32,000 bases of DNA from Staphylothermus marinus F1 (GTDB taxonomy: Archaea > Thermoproteota > Thermoprotei_A > Sulfolobales > Desulfurococcaceae): assembly GCF_000015945.1 (NCBI RefSeq), contig NC_009033.1, positions 90,001 through 122,000 on the forward strand, given 5' to 3'. Under the pieces are notes generated by a model. It had not been told where the DNA came from. It saw only the letters and a program-made list of their open reading frames with translations, and ran no database searches. Both the position numbers and the translations under genes were made by a program. This document shows positions 17,474 to 28,168 of the stretch, in pieces. The first letter of the stretch is position 1, and each line of letters starts with the position of its first letter.

Positions 17474-19123
17474 ATGGCTAATGCTTTGACTAGGCTTCAA
17501 GCAATCATTATAACTATAATTATTATCGTCGCTGTTGTTGCTGGTATAGCTGTGTGGATGCAGACAGGTGGAGGCGGTGCTCCAGTAACTGTAGAGTTAA
17601 CTGGTAATTTAGAGACGGATATAATAAACATTGGTAAGGCATTACAGGATAATGGAGTAAATACTGTTAAGTATACGGTATGGAGCGGTGGAGACCCCAA
17701 TAGTGTAATGAGAATATATGGTATAGTGGAGGCGGCGGAGAGGATTAATAAGATATGGAGTGACCATGGTATAAATGTTAAAATAGAAGTATCAACATAT
17801 TATGCTAGTAATCCCAATTCTGTATACCAAGACTATCTAAGTAAGTGGGGCCTAGGACAAGCACCCGATATAATGGCTAATGGATATGTCTACATAGCTA
17901 GCTTAGCAGATGAAGGCTATGTATTGGATCTTACAGATTACTTAAATAAATACACAAGTTTCCTAAATAACTTCTATCAATCATTGATAACTGTGATGAA
18001 ATATAAGGGTAGAATCTATGGTATACCACAAGATACAGAGGCTAGACCAATATATATTAGAAAAGACGTAGCAACATGTGCCGGCATAGATCTTTCAGGA
18101 CTAGCCGAGAAAGTGAAAAACGGAGAATTCACATGGAAGGATCTATATAATTTAGCTAAACAAGCAAAAGATAAGGGATGCGCTGAATGGGGACTTATTC
18201 ATAGAAAGGGGTCAGCACATCCAGACCTAATACAATTCATATATGCTTATGGAGGAAAACTATACGATGAAAATACAGGGAAACTAGTGTTGGACAAGGA
18301 AGCAGTATATAAGTGGTTTGCAACAGAAAAAGCATTTGTTGATGCAGGATTATTACCAAGCGATATGATGAGTTGGGATTGGGGCAAACAAATACATCCA
18401 ACAGTGGTTGATGGTAAAACCTTCGCATTCATAGGAGGCGTATGGCATTGGACAGAATGGCAAACAAAATCCTATTACACAGATCCAAACACAGGTGAAC
18501 TAAGACCACTCACCGCTGAAGAGGTTAAGAAGTTCTTCTACTATACATTATTCCCTGCGGGAGAACCAGGAAAGAAACCGGTAACTCTCAGCCAGCCTTT
18601 TGCATGGATGATTAATAGTAAAGCAGGTTATCAAAACCCCGACTATGATAGATTAAAAGATATATATCATAAACTAGCATTCCTACTAGTGGTTAAAGCT
18701 AGTGATCCAGACATAATTGCCCTCCACAGCATAATGTCCTCACACCTACCTGTAACAAAGGAGGCAGCAGATCTTCTCGGCAATAAACAATGGATAGACA
18801 ACTTGAAATCATTATCGTTTATATTGTCAGATAAAGTTAGAAACGAGATCAAATCGATCGTTGAGAAAACAGCTAATTCAATAAACATTGAGTTCCTAAA
18901 GAATGTGACATACATGTTAGAATACACAACATTTACCCCAATGCATCCACAGTATCCGAAACTAGCCGATTACTTCGCTGATGCAATCGATAAAGTATTA
19001 AGAGGACAAATGAGCCCCGAGGACGCTGTAAACTATCTAGTACAAAAGATCAATGCCGATCCAGACCTTAAAGACAATACAGAAATAATCGGCGAAATAC
19101 CTACAGGATGGAGTTTTCCATAA
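17474..19123 (+). CDS. ABC transporter extracellular solute-binding protein (CUT1 sugar type), N-terminally membrane-anchored
   Basis: N-terminal hydrophobic anchor LQAIIITIIIIVAVVAGIAVWM followed by a Gly-rich linker. It is the first gene of a binding-protein/two-permease/ATPase operon. ATG 17474 is preferred to GTG 17465. Confidence 0.8.
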   Translation: MANALTRLQAIIITIIIIVAVVAGIAVWMQTGGGGAPVTVELTGNLETDIINIGKALQDNGVNTVKYTVWSGGDPNSVMRIYGIVEAAERINKIWSDHGINVKIEVSTYYASNPNSVYQDYLSKWGLGQAPDIMANGYVYIASLADEGYVLDLTDYLNKYTSFLNNFYQSLITVMKYKGRIYGIPQDTEARPIYIRKDVATCAGIDLSGLAEKVKNGEFTWKDLYNLAKQAKDKGCAEWGLIHRKGSAHPDLIQFIYAYGGKLYDENTGKLVLDKEAVYKWFATEKAFVDAGLLPSDMMSWDWGKQIHPTVVDGKTFAFIGGVWHWTEWQTKSYYTDPNTGELRPLTAEEVKKFFYYTLFPAGEPGKKPVTLSQPFAWMINSKAGYQNPDYDRLKDIYHKLAFLLVVKASDPDIIALHSIMSSHLPVTKEAADLLGNKQWIDNLKSLSFILSDKVRNEIKSIVEKTANSINIEFLKNVTYMLEYTTFTPMHPQYPKLADYFADAIDKVLRGQMSPEDAVNYLVQKINADPDLKDNTEIIGEIPTGWSFP

Positions 19124-19135
19124 AGAGGTGAGTAT

Positions 19136-20113
19136 ATGAAAAGATTTAAACTCAAATACTTTTTTTCAAATCTTAGAGGTTTCTTAAGAAGTGATGCATC
19201 AAAGTTTTTGGCTCCTGCACTATTTCTAGTAATAGTTTTCTTCATTATCCCCATCATTATATCTGTTTATATGAGTTTTACTCCTTTAAGAAACTGGAAC
19301 ATAGATAAATATGCTGGGGAATTTATTGGTTTTAAAAACTATTATCGTTTATTTTACTTATTAATGCATGATCCTTCTGTTAAAGCAGTTATGCTTACAA
19401 CAATAGTATTTGTATCAATAACTCTAATAGTAAATGTACTCGGAGGATTAGCACTTGCTATCGGTACATTTTTTATAAATGAGAGAGCTGCAGGCATCTC
19501 ACAATTGTTATGGTTGTTACCGCGTATGACTCCTGTAGCTGTATATAGTTTGATATGGTACTATTTCTTTCATCCCAGCAGTATAGGCACACTTAACGGT
19601 ATATTATTAAGACTTGGAATCATCGATAAACCCATTGATCTTGGACAACAAATACTGCCATGGGGGGCATGGGCTATCATAATATTTGTAAATGGTTTAG
19701 TAGGAGTTAGTTATGGAATGATCGTTTTTACATCGGCTATCAGCAATATTCCTAAAGAATTAGTGATAGCAGCAAGAGTTGATGGAGCATCTAATTGGGA
19801 TATTACACGTAAAATACTTATACCATTGCTTAAATGGCACATCATATATGTTACAACTTGGCAACTCCTCAGTCTTTTAACAACATATGATCACCTATTC
19901 TTACTAGTTAAATGGGGGCTCGTAAACAGAGATTATGGAACAACATGGAGCCTATATGTTTACAATACAGCTTTTCTAACAGGCATACAGGATCAGGGAT
20001 TAGCTGCTGCAGCGGGAGTTGTTCTAGTAATTGTTTCTTCTATCCTAGGCATTATAACATTGAAGCTGATGGGCTTTGAGAAAATGATCAAGCCTCCGAG
20101 AGGTGACATATAA
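19136..20113 (+). CDS. sugar ABC transporter permease (MalF/UgpA-like)
   Basis: Multiple TM segments and an EAA loop (IAARVDGASNWDITRKILIPLL). SD GAGGTGA at 19125-19131, 4 nt before the ATG. Confidence 0.85.
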   Translation: MKRFKLKYFFSNLRGFLRSDASKFLAPALFLVIVFFIIPIIISVYMSFTPLRNWNIDKYAGEFIGFKNYYRLFYLLMHDPSVKAVMLTTIVFVSITLIVNVLGGLALAIGTFFINERAAGISQLLWLLPRMTPVAVYSLIWYYFFHPSSIGTLNGILLRLGIIDKPIDLGQQILPWGAWAIIIFVNGLVGVSYGMIVFTSAISNIPKELVIAARVDGASNWDITRKILIPLLKWHIIYVTTWQLLSLLTTYDHLFLLVKWGLVNRDYGTTWSLYVYNTAFLTGIQDQGLAAAAGVVLVIVSSILGIITLKLMGFEKMIKPPRGDI

Positions 20114-20988
20114 TGCCCGGTATGAGAGATGTTGAAATTAGGAAGAGGAGCAGTGAGATACTAATACTTCTAGCTATAATACTTGCCTCTATACCCTTGA
20201 TCACAGGTTATCTATTATTGGTTCTCTCTAGTTTTAGTAAGACAATGTTTACAAATCTTGACCCAAATAGTTTCCACCCAACTCTAATTAACTGGATATT
20301 GTTGTTCCAAGGTAGAACAGCTGCCTTTGCAGGTATTCACGTAAATATTTGGAGAATAGTATTAAATACATTAATTGTTGCTCTAGGTATTAGTTTCTTA
20401 GTTACAATACTAGGTTCGCTTAATGGATACGCTATTTCAAGAATGAATTTTCCAGGTAGAAAACATATACTAGCCTTACTTATACTCTTACATGCTTTTC
20501 CGGGTAGTGTATTAGTTGTTGGAGTTTACTTTATTTATAGATTATTTATCCCCCCATTAGAGCTTGTCAGTATTTATAGTTTCTTCTATGTCATAGTTGC
20601 TAGAGCCGCAGTGGAGATCCCCATGGCTACATGGCTTATGAAAGGCTTCTTTGATATGATTCCATGGGAGATTGAATGGTCCGCGATTGTTGATGGTGCT
20701 TCGCGTTTTAAGGTTTGGTGGAAAATATTATTGCCAATGATTAAGCCTGGATTAGCAGCTGTTATGTTGTTTGGCTTCCTAGCAGGGTGGATGGATCTTA
20801 TATATGTTAGAACATTTCTAGTAGATATTACTCTCGCCAAATTTATTGAAGCAAACACGTATGCTGAATATGCTTATTTACCATTAGTTGCTGCAGCTGG
20901 CACACTATATTTGCTTCCAACAATACTCTTCTTCATCTTTGCACAGAAACTCATATTTACAATAAGTGTCTCAGGGATCAAGGGGTGA
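20113..20988 (+). CDS. sugar ABC transporter permease (MalG/UgpE-like)
   Basis: EAA loop SAIVDGASRFKVWWKILLPMI. TAATG stop/start overlap with the preceding gene. SD GAGGTGA at 20100-20106. Confidence 0.85.
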   Translation: MPGMRDVEIRKRSSEILILLAIILASIPLITGYLLLVLSSFSKTMFTNLDPNSFHPTLINWILLFQGRTAAFAGIHVNIWRIVLNTLIVALGISFLVTILGSLNGYAISRMNFPGRKHILALLILLHAFPGSVLVVGVYFIYRLFIPPLELVSIYSFFYVIVARAAVEIPMATWLMKGFFDMIPWEIEWSAIVDGASRFKVWWKILLPMIKPGLAAVMLFGFLAGWMDLIYVRTFLVDITLAKFIEANTYAEYAYLPLVAAAGTLYLLPTILFFIFAQKLIFTISVSGIKG

Positions 20989-20992
20989 TTAT

Positions 20993-22111
20993 ATGGTAGA
21001 GGTTAGACTGGAAAGGGTTACTAAGATATTTAGGAATAAAGTTGTTGGAGTAAAAGATATTACATTAACTATTAAGCATGGTGAATTCTTAGCATTACTA
21101 GGACCGAGTGGTAGCGGTAAATCCACTACTCTCTACTTGATCGCCGGAATATATAAGCCTACTAACGGGAAAATATTCTTCGATGATAGAGATGTAACAA
21201 ATTTACCTCCCAAAGATAGAAATGTGGGACTAGTTTTTCAGAACTGGGCACTGTATCCACATATGAAGGTATATGATAACATATCTTTTCCCCTAAGATT
21301 AAAGAAAATGCCTGAAAACGAGATAAGGCGGAAGGTTTTAGAAGTAGCTAAAATGTTGAAAATAGAGAAGTTATTGGACCGTTACCCATGGCAGCTTAGC
21401 GGTGGACAACAACAGAGAGTAGCTATTGCTAGAGCACTAGTTAAGGAACCAGATGTACTATTGCTTGATGAACCGTTGAGCAATCTCGACGCTATACTTA
21501 GAATTAGTGTTAGAGCAGAACTTAAAAGACTTCAAAAAAGCCTAGGTATAACAACTATTTATGTAACCCATGATCAAGCTGAAGCCCTTGCCATGGCTGA
21601 TCGAATAGCCCTGATCAATGAGGGAAAAATAGTCCAAGTAGGAACGCCTGAAGAAATATATAATAAGCCGGCCTCATTATTCGTAGGAGGATTCCTTGGA
21701 AATCCACCCATGAACTTCCTCGATGCAGAGGTGGAGTATTTAAATAATGAAGTATACTTGGTAGTCCATGGAAACAAAATACATGCTCCACCACAATATA
21801 AAGAAATACTTCGAAAACTAGGATTGAAAAAAGTAATTATAGGTTTCAGACCAGAGGACACAAATATTTCTCCTAAAACAATAGATACAATATGTTTATC
21901 CGCACGTATATATGCTGTAGAACCAATGGGTAGAGAGAACATAGTTGTTGCTGAGATAGCGGATCAGCTAGTCAAAATTATAACAGGTAGAACATTAATC
22001 CTTTATCCCGACCAAATTATTTCCATCTGCCCAGCACCAGAAAGAATAGTCTTATTCGATCCTAAAACAGGTTATGCTTTGGAAAAACTATTTATTACTA
22101 GGGAAAAGTAA
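20993..22111 (+). CDS. sugar ABC transporter ATP-binding protein (MalK/UgpC-like)
   Basis: Walker A GPSGSGKST, signature LSGGQQQRVAIARAL, Walker B LLLDEPLS and a C-terminal regulatory/TOBE-like domain. ATG 20993 (GGGGTGA 4 nt upstream) is preferred to GTG 20966, which would overlap the permease gene. Confidence 0.9.
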   Translation: MVEVRLERVTKIFRNKVVGVKDITLTIKHGEFLALLGPSGSGKSTTLYLIAGIYKPTNGKIFFDDRDVTNLPPKDRNVGLVFQNWALYPHMKVYDNISFPLRLKKMPENEIRRKVLEVAKMLKIEKLLDRYPWQLSGGQQQRVAIARALVKEPDVLLLDEPLSNLDAILRISVRAELKRLQKSLGITTIYVTHDQAEALAMADRIALINEGKIVQVGTPEEIYNKPASLFVGGFLGNPPMNFLDAEVEYLNNEVYLVVHGNKIHAPPQYKEILRKLGLKKVIIGFRPEDTNISPKTIDTICLSARIYAVEPMGRENIVVAEIADQLVKIITGRTLILYPDQIISICPAPERIVLFDPKTGYALEKLFITREK

Positions 22112-22185
22112 CTAGAATAAGTAATTATTTCTTATAAGGCTAAACTACATAGACTATCATAAGAGTTATGTTAATGGTGTATTAA

Positions 22186-22938
22186 TTGAAGTTATGGATA
22201 ATAATACCAACATATAATGAAAAAGAAAACATTAGTGAATTACTTGATAGATTAACTAGTGTTCTCGAGGAATTAAAAATTAATTATAATATTCTAGTAG
22301 TGGATGATAATAGTCCTGATGGAACAGCCGATATGGTTAAGAAACATCGATTATACGATGACAAAATAAAGCTTATTGTGAGAGAGGGGAAAAAAGGGCT
22401 TGGATCAGCTATTCTTGATGGAATAAGATATGTGTTTAAAAACGATCCAGGCGCTACACATATAGTTACCATGGACGCTGATCTCTCTCATAAACCCGAA
22501 GACCTAGCTGTTCTGATAAAATATGCTGATAAAGCAGATGTAGTGCAGGGTAGCAGATATGTTAGGGGCGGAAAAACCATTGGATGGGGAATACATAGGC
22601 ATTTAATCAGTAAAACAGCTAATTTCCTAATAAGAACACTTTACGGCACAGGTATACATGATAGCACTTCTAATTACAGGATCTATAGTAGGAGAGCTGC
22701 AGAGCTCTTACTAAAATACGCTAGTGGTAAAAGCTATGAATGGGCAATTGAATCACTATTAATACCTGTTGCTGCCAAGCTTAAAATAGTTGAAGCACCA
22801 ATAACTTTCATTAATAGATCAAAAGGTAAAAGTAAGCTAGGTATAAGAGACATAATAAAATGGTGGATTTACATATTAACTTTTAAAAGAAAGTTTAAAA
22901 GCATAGCAGTTGAGGAAGGAGAAAAATATTCATCTTAG
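22186..22938 (+). CDS. GT2 glycosyltransferase, dolichyl/polyprenyl-phosphate mannose synthase-like
   Basis: IIPTYNEKENI, VVDDNSPDGT and DADLSH (DXD) motifs. TTG start with GGTG 6 nt upstream. Confidence 0.8.
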   Translation: MKLWIIIPTYNEKENISELLDRLTSVLEELKINYNILVVDDNSPDGTADMVKKHRLYDDKIKLIVREGKKGLGSAILDGIRYVFKNDPGATHIVTMDADLSHKPEDLAVLIKYADKADVVQGSRYVRGGKTIGWGIHRHLISKTANFLIRTLYGTGIHDSTSNYRIYSRRAAELLLKYASGKSYEWAIESLLIPVAAKLKIVEAPITFINRSKGKSKLGIRDIIKWWIYILTFKRKFKSIAVEEGEKYSS

Positions 22939-24488
22939 CCTGACAAATTTATTCTTTGAAACCTTAAATAACCAAGTAATACTGGAACAAGAACCCATAG
23001 AATAACGGATAAAGACATATAGAGCGGATCAGGTCTTATAATTGTTGATGTGCCAAAGTCGTTCTGTATAATAATCATGATTAAATTCATTACGCCCATT
23101 GGGTTATAGTAGTAGCTGTTAATAAGCATTCTAGAATACTCCTGTATATCTCGTAAAAGTATACCTGTAGATACTCCATAGATTGCTATAATAATTTGCC
23201 AAAATAACGCAAACAACAAGTATAACCCAATGCTTAAACCAAGGTAAAAACCTGACCGTAAAGAGGTCGCTAATGCATAATAGAGTGAATACATGGTCAT
23301 CATTGAAAGAGTTAAACCCAGGAAAAGCAAAACCACAATGTTAGCTATGACGGGTACACCTAGTAGGATATATGAAGATGCCACTAGTGCTAAAACTATT
23401 ATTATAGCAGATACTAAGGCTGTCAGAATACCTGCAACATACCTGTTAATAAATATATCAAATCTCGTCACAGGCCTAGCCAATAAGAACTCTAATGCGC
23501 CAATACTTCTCGGCTTAGCCATTAAAACATACGCTACATATAACATGGATATCGGTATAAATGTAGCAACTAAATTAACAGGTGTTGACAAGGCAGCTAC
23601 ATATAAGCTAGTTATAACATTTGATTTTGTAAATCGAGCAGATACAACGTTAATTTGATCCTTAAAATTGTAGCATAGAATGAGAGTAGTATTTCTATTA
23701 TTTCTAATATTTAAACTAACTATTTCTACGGGATCATTGAATTCTCCCAGAAGAGTGGATTCTTTGCAAATCTTAGATAAATCATTCTTTCCTGCTTCGC
23801 CCGTGATAAGTGATAATAGTGGTTGTAAACTATAGGATACATTATATTTTATCCCATTTGAAAACAAGAATGGAACAGCAATTATTGCTTTAGCTTTTCC
23901 AGTTGATTCATCATAATTTATAATAGCAATTGTTGATCCATAGGCAGATAGGGATTGGGGAGGTTCGTGAACGAAGACAGATTTGTGAACATAGACTATT
24001 GATGCTGGAAATAAATTTTGTCCTTTGGTATTGATCGTGTTTGAAATCATAGCTTTAATATCGAATTCCTCGCTATTTGTTTTAATATGTATTCTTGAAT
24101 TATTGAGGAGAGTCTGGTATTTTTCTCCAAACGATCTAATATTTAATTGGTTAAACGTTAAATTCATTCCAGTATCAATCTCGAAGTATCCATTGCTCAA
24201 GGATTTATTACTAGCTATTTTCTCTTCTCCAATATAGAATTCTATAGAAACACCAGGTATTCCCTTACCGTCTTTATCTACTATGTACCCGGAAACAGTT
24301 CCAACACCATTTCTGCTCCATAGTGTCGCTACAACAGTTACCTTATTATTTGGATTTATTCCACCTTGCTGTATGTTTCCAAAAATCAAGTACGTTATTC
24401 CTATACCCATTAACAAGAATATTATGATCATTATAATAGTTGTTCTTCTCATAAATGATCGTTTTAAATCATATATTAGAGGATTCAT
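22935..24488 (-). CDS. ABC-2 type transporter permease with large extracytoplasmic domain (carboxypeptidase-regulatory-like beta-sandwich)
   Basis: An N-terminal TM helix, then GYIVDKDGKGIPGVSIEFYIGEEKIASNKSLSNGYFEI (CarboxypepD_reg-like), then ~6 C-terminal TM helices. The start overlaps the upstream ATPase gene by 4 nt. Confidence 0.65.
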   Translation of the reverse strand: MNPLIYDLKRSFMRRTTIIMIIIFLLMGIGITYLIFGNIQQGGINPNNKVTVVATLWSRNGVGTVSGYIVDKDGKGIPGVSIEFYIGEEKIASNKSLSNGYFEIDTGMNLTFNQLNIRSFGEKYQTLLNNSRIHIKTNSEEFDIKAMISNTINTKGQNLFPASIVYVHKSVFVHEPPQSLSAYGSTIAIINYDESTGKAKAIIAVPFLFSNGIKYNVSYSLQPLLSLITGEAGKNDLSKICKESTLLGEFNDPVEIVSLNIRNNRNTTLILCYNFKDQINVVSARFTKSNVITSLYVAALSTPVNLVATFIPISMLYVAYVLMAKPRSIGALEFLLARPVTRFDIFINRYVAGILTALVSAIIIVLALVASSYILLGVPVIANIVVLLFLGLTLSMMTMYSLYYALATSLRSGFYLGLSIGLYLLFALFWQIIIAIYGVSTGILLRDIQEYSRMLINSYYYNPMGVMNLIMIIIQNDFGTSTIIRPDPLYMSLSVILWVLVPVLLGYLRFQRINLSG

Positions 24489-25411
24489 TTTTGTTCACCT
24501 ATAAGCTTAAAGAATACATCCTCTAAGCTTTTCTCAACAAGCTTGATCTCATTGACCTTATAACCATTATTAACTAATAACTCTATAATGCTTGATTGTT
24601 CACCATTAAAATCTTCTATCGTAATAATATTTCCTTCAATACTTACTCTTCCATATTCTCTTAGTTTATCGACTATGTTATGAGAGGGTGTCTGTCCTAG
24701 TGATAACACTAGTTTCTTACTGGCCATTCTTTTAATTTCTTGCATACTAAGACTATTTATTATGCGTCCTTTATGTATAAACACAACTCTATCAGCTATT
24801 GCTTCTACTTCTGACAATATATGAGAAGAGAACAATACAGATTTTCCTTCTTTTTTAAACTTCTTCGCCAATTCTCTGAAGAACTTTATACCTTCGGGAT
24901 CTAGCCCATTTAGTACTTCGTCAAAAACAAAGTTCGGAGGATCATTTATCATTGAAACAGCTAATGCAAAACGTTTTTTCATTCCCTGAGAATATTCTTG
25001 AAGCTTCTTATACTCAGCACCGCTAAGCCCGACTTCTTCAAAAAGTTTTTTACCTAAGCTATATGCTTCCCTACTACTTAATCCATAATATCCTGCTAGA
25101 TATACAAAATAATCTAATGCCTTCACGTCAGGCTCAAATATGGGGAGCTCGGGAACCCAGCCTATGAGTTTGGATGCTTGACGCTTATTATATGTAATGG
25201 AATAACCATCTATTAATACATCACCCTTATCAGGGGGGAGGACGCCGACAATTATACGTATAGTAGTTGTTTTACCAGCACCATTTAATCCTACATAACC
25301 CACAAGTTCTCCATTATTAACGTTAAAACTTATATTATTCAATGCTTGAAACTTGCCGAACCACTTACTAACCCCTTTAATTTCCAACAATCCAAAGCAC
25401 CAAATAATCAC
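24485..25411 (-). CDS. ABC transporter ATP-binding protein (ABC-2/CcmA-like exporter subunit)
   Basis: Walker A GLNGAGKTT, signature-like YSQGMKKR, Walker B FVFDEVLNGLD and H-loop SSHIL. Confidence 0.85.
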   Translation of the reverse strand: MIIWCFGLLEIKGVSKWFGKFQALNNISFNVNNGELVGYVGLNGAGKTTTIRIIVGVLPPDKGDVLIDGYSITYNKRQASKLIGWVPELPIFEPDVKALDYFVYLAGYYGLSSREAYSLGKKLFEEVGLSGAEYKKLQEYSQGMKKRFALAVSMINDPPNFVFDEVLNGLDPEGIKFFRELAKKFKKEGKSVLFSSHILSEVEAIADRVVFIHKGRIINSLSMQEIKRMASKKLVLSLGQTPSHNIVDKLREYGRVSIEGNIITIEDFNGEQSSIIELLVNNGYKVNEIKLVEKSLEDVFFKLIGEQK

Positions 25412-25639
25412 TTGAGACTCCTTTTAATCTATTATTACGATAATAAATATAGTTTAGCTCGTCGATCTATTAATAGAGGATTAATAGGTATAAATTTGAG
25501 GAACCAATAAGTATTAGATTATCACGTATAATTGGGAATTATATTATGAATACTGATGAAATTAATTGTTTCTATTTATTAAAACGATCAAATCAACTAT
25601 AAGAATTAAGCAATATGTTCTTGTATAAGAAATGATTTA

Positions 25640-26758
25640 TTATATAATGTTATTGAGTGTTTTCTCTATAGAAGATACGATCTCAGGGGTATATGTTGTT
25701 GTAGGGATTTCTTTGAGAAGATATCCTTTAATGACTAGTTTTCTAGCGAGATTATAATCTATACCTCTAGTTTGTAAGTAGAATATTTGCTCAGGCAATA
25801 CATGTATATTTCTAGCAGCATGCTTAGCTATTCTTACATCACCTGTATCTATTTCTAATCTTGGCTGGAGATAAGCTCTTGCTTCATCGCTTAACAATAA
25901 CGCTTCACTATAGTATTCAATGCCTGATCCCCATGCATTATCCAGTATTTTCCCTAATCCTCTCTGTGCAACTACCCCGTTATCGCTGATGAGAGAAGTG
26001 AATAAGTATTTTGAATAGGTATCTCTATTCCTAGATATTATGTCTGCTATATTGTCTATTCTACTCTGCTTAGTTGAAAACACTATTCCTCTAATATTAG
26101 ATTCAGAATCTTCTCCGTCAAGCAGATCTGTTATAATGAGCCTAGTCATTTTACCTACTGTAGCTAAATATATGAGGTTGAGTAATGTATATTTTTCCTG
26201 TTTTATCCCTATATCGATGTTTGATGGAGAATTAATTGAATCATTTAGATTAATTAATAAATCTAGTTTACTAGAATCATGCAAGTGTATTTCTATAAAT
26301 GTACTTCTAAGTGATCCCGTATTATTATAGTCTAAATTTAGCTCTAGGCTTACTTTATCATATACATCGATAATTAGGTGTTGGGGAATAATTGCTTCAT
26401 ATAATGGTGCTGTAAATAATAATTTGTAATTGCCGTTTCTAAGTATTACTCTGTATGCATGGTTCTTAATGAGATAATAATGTATCTTTGATAATTTATC
26501 CTTTCTCGGACTTATTATTCCGAGAGGTCTGGTTTCATATATTTCTATCTTATTACTCTTAACACTTGTCCCATCATATACTACATCGTATTCTTCGCGA
26601 AATATCCCTGATGAGCCACCAACTGGGATTTGATTTCTAACAAGTTTTTCGATGTAATAATCATAGAGCTTCCACAGAGTATATTGTTTTATTGTTGGTG
26701 AGTCTCCATAGTACTGATATGGTTCTTTCAATAAACTTTGAGGAATCATTTTAACCAA
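25640..26758 (-). CDS. sufD: Fe-S cluster assembly protein SufD-like
   Basis: The C-terminal block LEIDTGDVRIAKHAARNIHVLPEQIFYLQTRGI is typical of the SufB/SufD family. The gene overlaps sufB by 8 nt. Confidence 0.75.
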   Translation of the reverse strand: MVKMIPQSLLKEPYQYYGDSPTIKQYTLWKLYDYYIEKLVRNQIPVGGSSGIFREEYDVVYDGTSVKSNKIEIYETRPLGIISPRKDKLSKIHYYLIKNHAYRVILRNGNYKLLFTAPLYEAIIPQHLIIDVYDKVSLELNLDYNNTGSLRSTFIEIHLHDSSKLDLLINLNDSINSPSNIDIGIKQEKYTLLNLIYLATVGKMTRLIITDLLDGEDSESNIRGIVFSTKQSRIDNIADIISRNRDTYSKYLFTSLISDNGVVAQRGLGKILDNAWGSGIEYYSEALLLSDEARAYLQPRLEIDTGDVRIAKHAARNIHVLPEQIFYLQTRGIDYNLARKLVIKGYLLKEIPTTTYTPEIVSSIEKTLNNII

Positions 26759-28166
26759 CCCCTCCTATTTTTTCAAATTCTAATTGTATAACACGACTAA
26801 GCATTGCTACATACTCCATTGGTAGACCTTTAAGAATATCCTTAATGAATCCAAGCACAATCATACTCTTAGCTTGTCCCTCGCTTAAGCCTCTGGATTG
26901 TAAATAGAATATTTGATCCTCGTTTATTCTACCGGTTGTTGCTTCGTGTCCTGTTTCGGAATCTTTTTCTTCAATATGAATTATTGGGTAAGTATATGCT
27001 TTGCTTTTCTCATCCAGTATTAGGCTATCACATTGTACATAGCTTGTCGAGTTCTTTGCGCCTCTATATATGTGGACTAGTCCTCTATAGATATTAACTC
27101 CTCCACTACTACTGATGCTTTTAGATATTATTTTGCTCCTAGTATTTGGTGCAACATGAACTACTTTTGAACCAGTATCTTTGATATAGGGGCCGTTAGC
27201 GATTCCAATAACAACACTTGAAGTCCTTGCTCCCTTACCTTGAAGAATAGTTGAAGGATATGTAACTGTGTATTTGCTTCCAATGCTTCCTTCTAACCAC
27301 TCTACATATGAGTCTTCTTCAGCAATGGCTCTTTTATTGTTAAAGTTTATTATGTTTCTACTCCAGTTTTGGACAGTTACAAATGATATCTTAGCTTTCC
27401 TATGTGCGTATAGTTCTACTGCTCCATCATGGAAACTAAACTTTTTGAATCGGGGAGCACTACATCCTTCTATAAATGTGAGTTCAGAGCCTTCATCTGC
27501 AACTATTATTGAATGTTCAAATTGTCCCTCTAATTCTTTACCAACGAAGAAGAATGCTTCGATAGGATAGGGTACTTTTGTATTCTTTGGCACATATACG
27601 AATACTCCTCCGCTCCACAATGCATAGTGTAGTGCTGCGAACTTATGTTCTATTGGGCTAACTATTTTTCCAAAATATTTCTTTACGAGATCAGGGTATC
27701 GTCTGATTGCTTGTTCCATGGGGATCATGATTACGCCGATTTTTTCTAAATACTCCTTCATAGCAGAATATATTGTTTCACTATCGAGAACAGCGGTCAA
27801 TCCAGCTAAGTATTTAGCATATGCTTCTGGCAGTCCAAGCCTGAAATATATTTCTCTGATTTCCGCTGGTAAGTCGTCCCAACTACTAACTGGTTGTTCC
27901 ACTGGTTTCACATAATACGTTGTTATTTCATCTAGATCTATTGTTTCAATTCCATAGAGCCATTTAGGTACAGGTAGTTTTTCAAAATACTCTAAAGCTC
28001 TAAGTCTGAGTCTACGCATCCAATCTGGTTCTTTTTTCTGCTTAGAAATCTCTTCGACAAGGTCTCGACTGATTTTTCCTCTAATCTCTATTTCTCTCCT
28101 ATATTCTATTGGCTCCATATACTCGGGATGCTCAAGTATTTTAGAAATCTCTATTGGCTTCGTCAA
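26751..28166 (-). CDS. sufB: Fe-S cluster assembly scaffold SufB
   Basis: 471 aa. SufB-type blocks FEHSIIVADEGSELTFIEGCSAP and HEATTGRINEDQIFYLQSRGLSEGQA. Confidence 0.9.
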   Translation of the reverse strand: MTKPIEISKILEHPEYMEPIEYRREIEIRGKISRDLVEEISKQKKEPDWMRRLRLRALEYFEKLPVPKWLYGIETIDLDEITTYYVKPVEQPVSSWDDLPAEIREIYFRLGLPEAYAKYLAGLTAVLDSETIYSAMKEYLEKIGVIMIPMEQAIRRYPDLVKKYFGKIVSPIEHKFAALHYALWSGGVFVYVPKNTKVPYPIEAFFFVGKELEGQFEHSIIVADEGSELTFIEGCSAPRFKKFSFHDGAVELYAHRKAKISFVTVQNWSRNIINFNNKRAIAEEDSYVEWLEGSIGSKYTVTYPSTILQGKGARTSSVVIGIANGPYIKDTGSKVVHVAPNTRSKIISKSISSSGGVNIYRGLVHIYRGAKNSTSYVQCDSLILDEKSKAYTYPIIHIEEKDSETGHEATTGRINEDQIFYLQSRGLSEGQAKSMIVLGFIKDILKGLPMEYVAMLSRVIQLEFEKIGGVG

Positions 28167-28168
28167 TT

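Noticed and set aside
885-24504. Other short antisense or overlapping track ORFs inside confident genes (e.g. 885-1100, 943-1170, 1206-1430, 7908-8255, 10525-10830, 15474-15782, 21574-21942, 23293-23658, 26040-26330, 27268-27570)
   Set aside because: All lie wholly within longer ORFs that carry clear family motifs. They have shadow-frame compositions and no start signals.
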